Assembly: GCF_964355755.1 (NCBI RefSeq) | Contig: NC_092678.1 | Span: forward strand, 15,667,881-15,731,880 | Length of the DNA: 64,000 bases | Direction: 5' to 3' | Origin: Antedon mediterranea | Taxonomy: Eukaryota; Animalia; Echinodermata | Shown here: positions 52,956 through 64,000 of the stretch, piece after piece | Layout of the letters: each line of letters starts with the position of its first letter | How positions within the stretch are numbered: position 1 is the stretch's first letter | Notes under the pieces: generated by a model | Database searches by the model: none | Seen by the model: the letters and a program-made list of their open reading frames with translations, nothing else | What the model was told of the DNA's origin: nothing | Translations under genes and position numbers: made by a program

Positions 52956-53479
52956 CCGTAACACTTTGAAATAAGGCCCGTGGGCATCTTCTTTGTTAGG
53001 GCTCTTAGCTGGGTGCCTCTTCGAGATGTACTTCTTGTCGAGATTACTTTGGAAACATAAGAGCGGGGCTCAATGAATGCTGTCAATTGCTACACTGTAC
53101 TACAATATTATTTTTAGACATTTCCTGCCAATTTTACATATATTTGCCAAGGGAGCAGACAAGAAGAAGATACAATCAAAGTACCACTTCATCAGATAAT
53201 TTAAGCTCATTAATACATTTATATGATAACACGATCATACATTTCTATTCCTTTTACATAAATGCAGTCTATCTTGAAAAAAAAAACCCTAATGGGCTTG
53301 ATTTTGAGATGGGAATTTTTTCGAGATCACTTATGCAAACCACAACAGGTGCTTCTTTTTTAGATGGGCTTCTTTTCGAGATAATTTTTTCAAATTAAGG
53401 AGCGGCTTCTTTACGAATTGGGCATCTTTTTGAGGTGGGCTTCTTTTCGAGTTCGACATTGTTTTAATAGATTTTACGG
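52956..53479. mobile_element. TA-flanked MITE related to 21774-22014
   Basis: TA-CCGTAACAC ... TTTTACGG-TA; GGGCTTCTTTTCGAG motifs; internal segment shared with 23990-24100. Confidence 0.65.
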
Positions 53480-54261
53480 TATGTCATCAAAACGGACATA
53501 GTAGCCCACATCAGCAATTCGTTTTTTCTAAAGGAAAAATACAATCATGTCGCTCCAATTCATTCGTATTAGGGCTCGGGATGCTAAACAAATATTATTT
53601 GTTTGATATAACCTACGAAATGTTCACATTAATAATTTTATCTTAATGATTAGTGAAAAGCCGACATTAATTTTAATGATAAAAATACAGTAAATACTTT
53701 ATCTACCAAACCTTACATAAATTCACAAAATCCACCAAACTATATCGATAAATGTATATTTTATAATTAGTGAAAAAAACAACATAAATTGAAATAAAAA
53801 CAAAATTTTATATACCAAATCTTACATGAATTGAATACAATCCACCAAATGACATCGATAAATGAATATATATTAATTTTAAAGCCAACATCAATAATTG
53901 AAATAAAAACTAGGCCTACATTTTATCTACAAAATCTTACATAAATTGAATACAATCCACCAAATTACATCGATAAATGAATATATATTAATGAAAAAGC
54001 CAACATCAATAATATAATTGAAATAAAAACTAGGCCTACATTTTATCTACCAACTCTTACATAAAACTAATACAATCCACTAAACTACAGCGATAAATGT
54101 ATAATATACAGTAATGTACTTTTTTACGTCTTTTATGGGATCGTCCCACTTTTATTTAATTTTCAATAAACACGTTCTCTATAAATTGTTTTTGTAGTAC
54201 AAACATATTTTATAGCTTCAGGCAAAACACTTTTTGCGTGTAACTCAGTGGGTACTTGGTC

Positions 54262-57200
54262 TTACTTATGTTTACATGTGCACATATAGACAATTGTGAA
54301 AAGATAAGGGTTGACCGACGAGTTTATCGGTATAATAAACGTGGCTGCCCACACGTAAATTTCCTCAGGAATATCCCACCACCCCATTTCTGAACAGAAA
54401 CTCATTAGGATTATCGGGAACCAGCAACAGAAATCGGTAAAGACAATGATTCCTAATTTCCGCGCCATTTTCAATTGCTCCTTTCGTTTTCGTCTTCTAC
54501 AGACGGTGGCTCCTGACCTCTGAACTGAGAAGAAAATGGTGGCATAACTCACAGCGATGACGATAAAACCTATTCCATTAAACACAACAAATATGGCAAC
54601 GGCGTACTCCCATCCTGGCCATCGGCTTCTGGTTAGCGGAAGTGCAAGACATACGCTTTGCTTTCCATAGTAATTGTCGCCGAAATACGGTATGTCGATG
54701 AAGTTTAGTTTGTGCACAACTGGTAGAAAACTAAGCACAAAGAAAACCAGCCAAGCGAATCCGATGAGAATTCTGCAGTATTTGCGGTTGAGACGTCTGG
54801 TGCTAAATGGGTTTACGATGTTAACAGCGCGATCAACGCTCATAACCATTAAAGTAAACACCGAAAATTCACCCGAAAGAGTAGAAACAGCCCCGGAAAA
54901 GCTACACAGGAAGCTGTCCTTCCAATCCTTTGCAACTACCCAGTATCGTCCTCTGTAGTGAACATCCGCACTTGCAATTATTATTAAATAAATAGCCATT
55001 AACAGGTCGGACACGGCAAGGTTGGTGATCAGTGTGTTTTGAACTTTTTTCGCACTGCTGTTGATATTACCGCTGTTGTCATCCTTTTCATAACATCTTG
55101 AAATTATTACTATTACATTTCCGATGACGGATGATATCCCAATAAGGAACATCAACACTCGTAATACTTCTCGTTTTAGTAAGTCTTTGCATGAAGCAAA
55201 GGTATCGGTCGGCTTGCAGATTTCAATGTCACCAACAAGGCAGCATATGCGAGGAAAATCCGATTCCCTATTTTGGTGATGTATAAATAAAAACAGTATT
55301 AATTGTAATGTAAACGTGTATATATTGCATTATTAGGAAATCTTATTCGTCCTCCTGAAAAGGGATTTTTGAATAGTTTTGTTTAATGTGCCATCACATG
55401 ATAGTTATTTACTTTGACCATGGATCGAAAAAAAAAATTGCATGAAAAAACTGTAATTTAAAGAAAAGGAAAAAAAATGAAATCAGATTGGCGCTTATTT
55501 TGTCTGTTTTTATTACGGCAATGATAAACATTATTAAAACTAAAAAATAGAATATCAAAAGTCTCGTTTTATTATTTGTTATTGTTTATGTTTGTTGGGT
55601 ACAATACATTTAATTTAAGTTTAATACAATAATTATTATTATCGAATTCACTATGTCGAAATGTCTTACTATGTCGACATAGTAATTCGATAATACTTTC
55701 TTACCAGACTATACGTTGATATTAAGTTAGTTATAGATTTAAGTTACCTTATATTGTATGTGAAATTCATTTTCTTAAAGTTAATTTGATGGAAGTATAG
55801 AACCATCGGACCAATAAAAATATCAATGTAAACTTCACACCGACTTGTAGGTTCATGTTTTTTCTATCTTTGTTCATGGATTGTATATTATATTAATATA
55901 TTGCACACTTTTGACGATGATGTTACCTTTCAAAACTATGTGAATACTTACAATTCGTTTAAGTTGATCAAGATTTCAAAAGTACTATCTTTGTAATTTT
56001 TTAATCCGTTGCCTTCTATCCTCCTGCAAAAATATTTGAGAATAAAAATAAGTAGAGATTCAGTGATGTTAGGTCATGAAGAAGGCAAAAGTTGAGTTGG
56101 GGTCACTGTGGACATTTCTCATTCTTGGTTAAACCCTGTACGTTAATAACCGTAAGAGTTATCGTAGATCCCACTTAACGTAAGGACGTAAAAGGAAGTA
56201 ATTTGACCAATCACAACATAACATATTGGTCATCCGAACTGTTGTGATTGGTCAACTCATTTGCGTTTTGCCTACGTCGTTACATTGCGTCCAGGTAGTG
56301 AGAACCTAAATCTGGTGTAGTATATTTTATTCAGCACTTGCTACTCGGCAAGGTAAGCATATACATCTTGTTTTCATTTTTTTAAATTAATTTTAGATGA
56401 TGTTCATTTGGACAATATCAACCAGACTAACCAAACAAAAACTTATGTTACTATTTGTTATAGGTTCACCCTAATTTTGACTTATTTTTACTGGATTAAA
56501 TTGAATGACCTCATAAGAATGTTTTAGAAACGTCGTTTTTGTGACACTGTGTTTAATACAACCGAATGTCATTTTAAACTTGGCTGGTCCCACTTATTTG
56601 AAATGAATGCAGTGTGTAGAGGTAGGAGGAGAAAATGTTGGCGTTGTTTATTTCCTATAAACGTCCAACCGTACGAGAATCGGGTGTCCAATGCCAGTGG
56701 CCTGAAGTATACGTGTATTTGGAGCTAATAAAATGTTTACAGATTTTACAGACTATGTCGATACGGTAGACCTACATAGTGTGTTGTATATAAAAATGTA
56801 TTTGGTATTCCGATGAATTGTTCAGAGCATATAAACAATTGCATGTAGATTAACAGTTACTCAGTTAAGTATTAACTTACAGTTTTAACAGTGACGAAGC
56901 AAACGCAGAAAATGCACCTTGCTCTATGGTAGTTATAGCGTTATCATATAAATATCTGCAAATAAATCAATATACACACATTTCCAAGAAGTATTGTAAA
57001 ACTACTATATAACAATACAATAACTAGAATAATATTAGTTACACCCTGCTTGTTCAGGAAATACGGGAAATATCAGAACCATATTGCAAATAAAATTTAT
57101 AAAACAATTGGGATTATAAATAATCTTAAGCACACTTTTCCCCGGCGTATCCTTCTTTCATTATATAATTCTTTAATTTTACCTCATTTTCATTATTGTA

Positions 57201-57853
57201 ACATTATTTGGGCTGCTGACTATCCATCTCATCTCGATAAACTTAATAAGCTGATTAAGCGTGCTATAAGAAATATTACTTTTACGTCTCACATTACTCC
57301 ATCTTAACCTTTATTTTATGAACTTAAGTTACTGAAGTTAGGAGATATACATAAATTGCAAATTGCCTCTTTTGTCTTTCAATATTTTTCTAACAATCTT
57401 CTTTCTCCCATGATGAATTTATTTAAAACTGCTGATTTCAACCATGGTCATAATTTAAGAAGTACTGTTCATAAGTTTCAGTTAACTATTCCTTTTGTAA
57501 GATTAACTAGTTCTTCCCACTTTATTTATGTTTATGGCCCTTTAATTTGGAATCAATTAGATACTAGTATTGTTAACTCTTCCTCTCTCCCAACTTTTCG
57601 TAAAAAACTTAAAAGTAATTTATTATCATTGTACTCAAACTAGACCTTCAAACTCTTTTTGTCATGACTTTTTTATTTTATTTAATAATTATATACAAAG
57701 GTATTTTTTTTTCTTTTGTTTATGGGTCTTGCGTGACAAGTAATCTCTTCTTGCAAGATCCTCTATTAATGGTATTTTTGTATTGTCTCATTATAAATTA
57801 TCATTCTTTTTTATTGTATTGTTTTACCATTGATAGAAACTAATAAATTTTGA

Positions 57854-57885
<32 letters not shown>

Positions 57886-60800
57886 CTACGTTCATGAGGC
57901 CAAATGAATACATAAACAACGCGCGCGTAGAAACATCAAGGAGGTAATACGGGATATATCACCATTCTGATCCGCTTGACAGAGTAAATGGGCGTAATAC
58001 GGAATTATATCTCGTACATATTGACCAAACGGATTATTGTACAGAATTCACGTACACAAAGAGATAACAATCAATATTTTAAAATTGTTTTCATCATTTT
58101 TTGGCCGATTTAGACTTTCTCTGACACACGAATAATTGACAAAGGCTGGCTAATTATGAGGTGCAAATCTGAGAGAGGGGAAACTATAAAGTATAGAAAC
58201 AGATATCACCTCACAAGCAAGCTATTACTGAACCATACAATGTGAGGGAAGAAATCAAGATTATTTGACTGTGGTCCCTTTATTTATAAAACTTGAAAAT
58301 CAGATAAATGGATAAACTCTGGAAAATGGTATGTTCACATTTTAACTTAAGTTAATATTAAGGACGGATAACGTGAATAATGTACGTAGGCTTACAATCC
58401 AAATTAGGTCTGATTTGTTCCACGTGCGAATAAAGAACCAGTGCTAATCCACCGTCTATCTCGTCGTTCTACTCCTATCTGAGTACTTGTGACCATACTA
58501 TTTCACCGTACGGAGGGATAAATAACCAACTCCTCTCATTATTACATTATTTTTAATTTAATAATTTTTAAGTTATAATAATAATTTACTGTAAAACTAA
58601 CGAATCAAAACATTAACATACACACAATACAACTACAGGAGCCTATGTTAGAATAAGGGATATATCAATCATAATAAAAAAAATCCAGTATTGCAAAGGA
58701 TTAGCCTACATATGAATGAATATAACAATAAATGTATAATTACAACGAAAATATACTATTTTCAAACGTATGATAAATAATAAAAGCACTTACAGTTCTG
58801 TCAATGATGTCAAACCATCAAACACATTTGCTGGTATTATAGTTATTTGGTTACGGGATAAACTCCTGAAAACCGTAAAAAATAAGATAAATAAGTATAC
58901 ACAGTACCAAAGGATAGTACCTGAAACCGTGAAAAATGCGCTAAATAATAATTATTACAGTTCCCAGGTACATTACGATCAAGAATTATTTTTTGTATTA
59001 TTCTTGAAAAAACAGATAGCTGTATTGTGCTAAAAGAAACCAAAGAGCTTCTGTAGCCGATTAAGAATGCCATTCCAACAGTACAGTCATTAAAATGTAT
59101 ACACAAGGATATAATAATACTTGTTGATGTTACTTTGGTCCTTATTACCATATTATTAAATGACGATGATGCATGCATTCTGCTAATTTATTTTTCATTG
59201 TGCGATTATTTCATCAAAGAAGAACAAATTGAAAGATATTACGCTTGAACGTATTGCACATGAAACAGATACTTTAGAAGTATTAGTGTATAAATACAAT
59301 AATTATTATTAGGATAAGGGTAAAAAATGTGCCAAAAAATAAACAAGATTCAAAGCACTACACAGCTGAGCCCCATGGTTGAATGACAACACATTGTTCA
59401 CCCGATACAATTTTATGCGAAACAAAACGACAAATAGGCTATAGGCTACAAAAAGAAATTAAATGTTTTACTTATAGACAACAGATTTATGCATAATGGC
59501 ATATTACATTTTTGAAAATTATAATGATGATGATTCTCACATTTGTACCGATGCAATTAATACGTCCTAAGTTCACCTAAATACGGAGGGCCCGGATAAC
59601 GATATACGTGTAGGGCCTACGTAACAGATGCATCTCATGATCGATGACGATTTCATAAGAGATATATAACATTTGTTCCGCGTTAAAGCTTCTCTTTTCT
59701 GATTTCCTATCAAACAATCTCTTCATTTTACCCTGAGCCTTCACAAGATTCTTTCTAGCCATCTCACGAGCATGATTTAATCGATCACGAAATTCAGACA
59801 CATAATCTAATATCGATACAGACTCTTCTGCATTCCCTAACAGCCTTTCTTTGACTATTTTAAGAGGGCCTCGGACCGAATGACCATACACCAACTCAAA
59901 TGGGCTAAACCCTAAGGACTCTTGCACTGTTTTACGAACAGCGAATAACAATAAGGGAACTCCCTCATCCCATTCCTTTTCACATTGAAAACAATAGGTT
60001 TTAATCATATTCTTAAGTGTTTGATGAAATCTCTCAAGTGCCCCTTGAGACTGTGGATGGTAAGCACTTGAACTTATATGGGCAACACCTAACTGCTCTA
60101 AGACTTGTTTAAATATCTTTGACATGAAGTTTGATCCTTGATCGGACTGAACAGCTTTAGGCAATCCTACCCATGTAAAGAATTTCACCAATGCTTTAAT
60201 AACATTCTTAGCTGTAATACGCCTAAGAGGAATCGCTTCTGGAAACCTACTTGATACACACATTATTGTTAATAGATACTCATTTCCATTTTTAGTACGT
60301 GGTAATGGTCCCACACAATCAACAATAACTCTTGAAAATGGTTCACCAAATGCAGGAATAGGCTTAAGTGGGGCTACTGGAACCTTTTGATTAGGCTTCC
60401 CCACTACCTGACACGCATGACAGGATTTACAATAGTTAGACACATCTTTTCTAAGACCTGGCCAAAAGAAATGCTTCAGAATTTTGTCTACCGTTTTATT
60501 GACACCTAAATGACCTGAAAGAGGATCATCATGCGCAATACCAATAATATCCTGACGGTATCCACTAGGAATAACTATCTGGTGAATCTCATTCCAAACA
60601 TCACTACTTGGAATATCTGGTGGCCTCCACTTACGCATAAGTATGCCATCCTTTATATAATAACAAACAGGAACAATAGACATTTTCTCTACAGAAAGAG
60701 CTTGCTGACCAAATGACACCAAAGCAGGATCATTACTCTGTTCTTCCACTAACCTAGACCGATAAAGAACTGTCGGACCGAAATCACACACTTTTGGGTG

Positions 60801-63529
60801 CTGTTGTTCAGCCTGGGTAGTGTGTGACTCGGGACCTGAGCAGACAGCCTCTTGGGAAACGCGATCTGTAATTTCTCCGTAAAAACTATCACATAAGTCA
60901 ATACTCTCATCCTCATCTATGGTTTTATTTGCCATAGATCGCGTCACCGCACATGATGGAAACACATGTGATAATTCTTTCTCTAAACACACCGTGCTTT
61001 CGTCTTCAACAGGACTTTTGCACACAACCGGTTCTACTGTCACTCTGTCTCCGGCCAAATCATTCCCCAAAAGGAGTGTGACACCCCATACTGGAAGACT
61101 CGGAACGACACCGACAACAAAATCTCCGCTAACAATATCTGTTTCAATCCGAATTACATGAAGTGGGACTTCCTTATAACCCCCTTCAACACCTTGAATG
61201 AGCACACTTGCTCCAGCAGAAGACTCGTTTGAAAATGACAATGCCGATTCTATTATCAGGGATTGTGACGCCCCTGTGTCTCTTAAGACACGCACTTTAC
61301 TCAGATTCACATCGTTGATCAATGCTACAGAACCAGTAGAGAGGAAAGGCTTAAATAGCTTTCGCACTTTTTCCGGACCTGAAGATTGGATCAACTTCTC
61401 ACTTTCATCAACGTCATGACTCTCTGTCACTTTCAACGGGACTGTATTTACTAACGTGTTTGGAAGTGATTGGGGTTTCTTATTATCCCCTTTAGCTATG
61501 CTTTGAAACAGCCAGCAATCTGCCTTTATATGACCCTTTTTCTTGCAGTAAAAACAAGTTCTGACAAATTTACTACTACTATTAACTGTAGTTTTCTGAC
61601 TTTGGACCTTAGAATCATCAACAGATTTGGAAACCGATTTGGTATTCACCACCTTGTGCGTGAGCACATAATTATCGGCAACAGAAGCCGCTTTCATTAA
61701 ATTATCCACTTTCTGCTCCTCTAGATGTGTACGAACTTCAGTAGGGGAACAAGATTTAAACTCCTCAACTAACATAAGCTCGCGAAGCTTTCCAAATTCA
61801 CCGTTTACTCCTTCCGAACTACACCATCTATCAAAAAGAATCTGCTTCTTACGTGCAAATTCTGTAAACGTTTGATCATAAGGTTTACCTAAGTTCCGAA
61901 ATTTCTGACGATACGCCTCTGGAAATAACTCATAAGCTGACAAAACAGCAGTTTTGACCGCATCATAGCTTTCACATTGATCAACAGCCAATGCAGAAAA
62001 TACCTCTTGGGCTTTACCCACAAGAGCAGTTTGTAACAACACAGTCCAGTGTCTAGCAGGCCACTTTAATCTATTAGCAATTTTCTCAAAAGCTAAAAAA
62101 TATGTCTCTACCTCGTCCTCATTAAACTTGGGAACCCATTTAATATTCTGAGTAATCTCTGAATCATTAGGTGTAGAAACCTGTGTGGTGTGACCCATTT
62201 GGTTAGCTAATTCTAATTTTCTTAACTCAAATTCATGTTTTTCTTTTTCCATTTCCCTTTGCATCTCTATTTTTCTTCTTTCAAAAAAAAAATTTTCACG
62301 TTCCAACTCAAATCTAGCCAACTCGACCTCATTCCCCGCAGTTTTTACGGATTCATGAGTAATTAAACCAACATGATTTCCAATCACATTTATCAAGTCA
62401 TATTTATTCATGGAATCATTTATAGATGCTCCAACCCTAGTACCTAGAAGTCGCAAACGCTCCTCTGATAGCTGAGCTACCACCTCAATGGACATGCTAT
62501 CCAAAAATTCCTCGTCAAAATCACTTTCTGACATAGTTTCTATTTGAAACAAACAAACAAAAACACAGGTTAAAATAACCAATATGACGATAATTAAGGC
62601 ACCAGTAATGAAATACCTGCCAAGCCCACACAGTATTAAACCTACCGTGCGCCGTGGTCTCATAAACTAGACCCCTAAAATCAAGGCCAAACAGACTTCT
62701 GGTATCACAGACAGGCAAGCCTACACAAGCAAAAACAACAACACAGTGTACTGGCTCGACGACCGCCAAATCTTGTTCGTTATAAAACGCCTCTAAACCT
62801 AAAACCAGCTTAGAATAAGTAACTAAAATTACCATCAGTTCGATCTACAAACTACAATTCCGCACTTTGTTCACGGATGACCCCCCAATTTGTTACGGGC
62901 TCGCTCGTTAGGCTGAAACCAACGATAATAACATAACAAAACACGTTGTAGTTGTCGTCCATCTTTATTCATCTCCTCTCTTTTATTCTAGAGGGCTCAC
63001 TTCCGTGTGACAAACCCATCACAAAGTGAATAAATTTAATATTACTTTGATATGGCCACTTTAAATTTAGAATATTTTGACCTTCATTTTTTTGTGTTTC
63101 AAGGGAAAATACATCTTTAAGAATGATGAATTAATAGGCCTATCTATTTTATAATAATTATGTAATTTCACAATTAATAAAACATACCAGTTATAATAAC
63201 AAATTACTGTAAAAAAAACAGACGAATCCAAGCAAACTACATTATGGTAAAGTATTACAGTCTTCTTTTATCATTATTATGATAATAATAATAAAAAGAA
63301 AACAACAAAAAGCATCGGGTATTATTATTTTAGATTTGGATGAATATTCTGTAATTGTAAAGCATAACAAGTAAAACGATGACTATAATAATTGTGGTTA
63401 TCTTACAACGAAAATATACTATTTTCAAAAGTATGATAAACAAGAGAAAGTACTCACAGTTCTGTCAATGATGTCAAACCATTGAAAACATTTGCTGATA
63501 ATGTTGTTATTTGATTACTGCCCAAATGC
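54262..63529 (-). CDS. LRR-containing GPCR, RXFP/GRL101 (type C LGR)-like; 5' part lies beyond the window
   Basis: Phase-2 LRR exons 63529-63458, 58865-58794, 56955-56881, 56023-55952, then 55267-54262 with hinge SDFPRICCL..FASCKDLL and 7TM (GN, NLAVSDLLM, MSVDR, CLALPL, TDFCCWFP, PINSSVNPYLF). The apparent stop overlaps a GTAAG donor, so further 3' exons are possible. Confidence 0.92.
57070..57883 (+). mobile_element. 5'-truncated LINE (L2/Crack/CR1 group) 3' end in a GPCR intron
   Basis: NKIYKTIGII..LYNSLILPHFHYCNIIWA..KRAIRNI..S*PLFYELKLL..HGHNLRS..GPLIWNQL..FRKKLK; one in-frame stop; AATAAA then (TTA)n tail. Confidence 0.88.
59577..62663 (-). CDS. Gypsy polyprotein fragment: Gag (CCHC knuckle), aspartic protease, integrase
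   Basis: PEAYRQKFR, CFYCKKKGHIKADC, LRDTGASQS, H-x6-H..CKSCHAC, VDCVGPLP, QSDQGSNF, AYHPQSQGALERFH. Similarity ends near RSFNAE (~59675). A likely Gag start is MSESDF at about 62534. Confidence 0.88.
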   Translation of the reverse strand: MRPRRTVGLILCGLGRYFITGALIIVILVILTCVFVCLFQIETMSESDFDEEFLDSMSIEVVAQLSEERLRLLGTRVGASINDSMNKYDLINVIGNHVGLITHESVKTAGNEVELARFELERENFFFERRKIEMQREMEKEKHEFELRKLELANQMGHTTQVSTPNDSEITQNIKWVPKFNEDEVETYFLAFEKIANRLKWPARHWTVLLQTALVGKAQEVFSALAVDQCESYDAVKTAVLSAYELFPEAYRQKFRNLGKPYDQTFTEFARKKQILFDRWCSSEGVNGEFGKLRELMLVEEFKSCSPTEVRTHLEEQKVDNLMKAASVADNYVLTHKVVNTKSVSKSVDDSKVQSQKTTVNSSSKFVRTCFYCKKKGHIKADCWLFQSIAKGDNKKPQSLPNTLVNTVPLKVTESHDVDESEKLIQSSGPEKVRKLFKPFLSTGSVALINDVNLSKVRVLRDTGASQSLIIESALSFSNESSAGASVLIQGVEGGYKEVPLHVIRIETDIVSGDFVVGVVPSLPVWGVTLLLGNDLAGDRVTVEPVVCKSPVEDESTVCLEKELSHVFPSCAVTRSMANKTIDEDESIDLCDSFYGEITDRVSQEAVCSGPESHTTQAEQQHPKVCDFGPTVLYRSRLVEEQSNDPALVSFGQQALSVEKMSIVPVCYYIKDGILMRKWRPPDIPSSDVWNEIHQIVIPSGYRQDIIGIAHDDPLSGHLGVNKTVDKILKHFFWPGLRKDVSNYCKSCHACQVVGKPNQKVPVAPLKPIPAFGEPFSRVIVDCVGPLPRTKNGNEYLLTIMCVSSRFPEAIPLRRITAKNVIKALVKFFTWVGLPKAVQSDQGSNFMSKIFKQVLEQLGVAHISSSAYHPQSQGALERFHQTLKNMIKTYCFQCEKEWDEGVPLLLFAVRKTVQESLGFSPFELVYGHSVRGPLKIVKERLLGNAEESVSILDYVSEFRDRLNHAREMARKNLVKAQGKMKRLFDRKSEKRSFNAEQMLYISYEIVIDHEMHLLRRPYTYIVIRALRI
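59670..63012 (-). mobile_element. 3'-truncated Gypsy LTR retrotransposon, Gmr1-like domain order (gag-protease-integrase)
   Basis: 5' LTR about 63012-62891 (TGTCAC..GTAACA); tRNA-Pro-like PBS TGGGGGGTCATCCGTGA at about 62887-62871; long open ORF; no RT or 3' LTR seen. Confidence 0.9.
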
Positions 63530-64000
63530 CTGAAAACCGTGAAAAAGCAATAATAATTATATGTATAGTTTCAAGGTACAGTAAACAACCATATTATTAT
63601 TTTACATCAATGTAATTAAAATATAAATAATATGATTCGTGGATATGGATCAACATCTACAATACAATATAACCGACAATAGCCCTATTACAAACACACA
63701 TTTTATTAAATGATGATGATCTATGTATTCTGCTATTTAATTTTTCATTATGGCATAATTTCACACGTCTGCCGGTGGTTATACAGTAACTGAATTAAAG
63801 AGTAAAAGTTTACAGCCAGTGTTAGTAGTAACATCTGGTTAAATGAATACACAGTAAACCCTAATACAATTTTATGCGGAACAAAATAAAATCTGACGAA
63901 TAGTAACAAAATGACAAATAAAAAGCAATTAATATACCTCAGATTTAAGAATAAGAACCTCAATTTTCGATAATTATAATTGAATAACTAAATGTCAATG

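Noticed and set aside
59541-59576. 36-nt AG..GT-bounded segment as an extra GPCR exon
   Set aside because: In the phase-2 frame used by the LRR exons it begins with a stop, and it has no LRR pattern.

Overview
AT-rich, intron-containing animal DNA, not prokaryotic; repeat and gene content suggest a marine invertebrate, possibly an echinoderm (inference). I assembled four host genes by hand from GT-AG junctions with consistent phases: an unrecognised 215-aa secreted, Cys-rich, probably GPI-anchored protein (5 exons, minus, 6037-10872); TRMU/MTU1 (10 coding exons, minus, 19685-30228); a GAL3ST-type sulfotransferase (plus, 45661-47801); and the 3' part of an LRR-containing GPCR of the RXFP/GRL101 type (minus, 54262 to beyond the window). 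The rest is densely nested mobile DNA: an IS3EU-like relic, a non-autonomous BEL/Pao element with identical LTRs and a Helitron in one LTR, a Gmr1-type Gypsy fragment, a 3.15-kb foldback element, several MITE families, SINE and LINE fragments and tandem arrays. The most notable points are a 55-copy 21-bp satellite grown inside a MITE, a BEL element with two in-frame deletions, and duplicated LRR exon cassettes. I found no CRISPR, rRNA or intact tRNA, and no single system that I can show to be new. Family names come from recalled motifs, not database searches.
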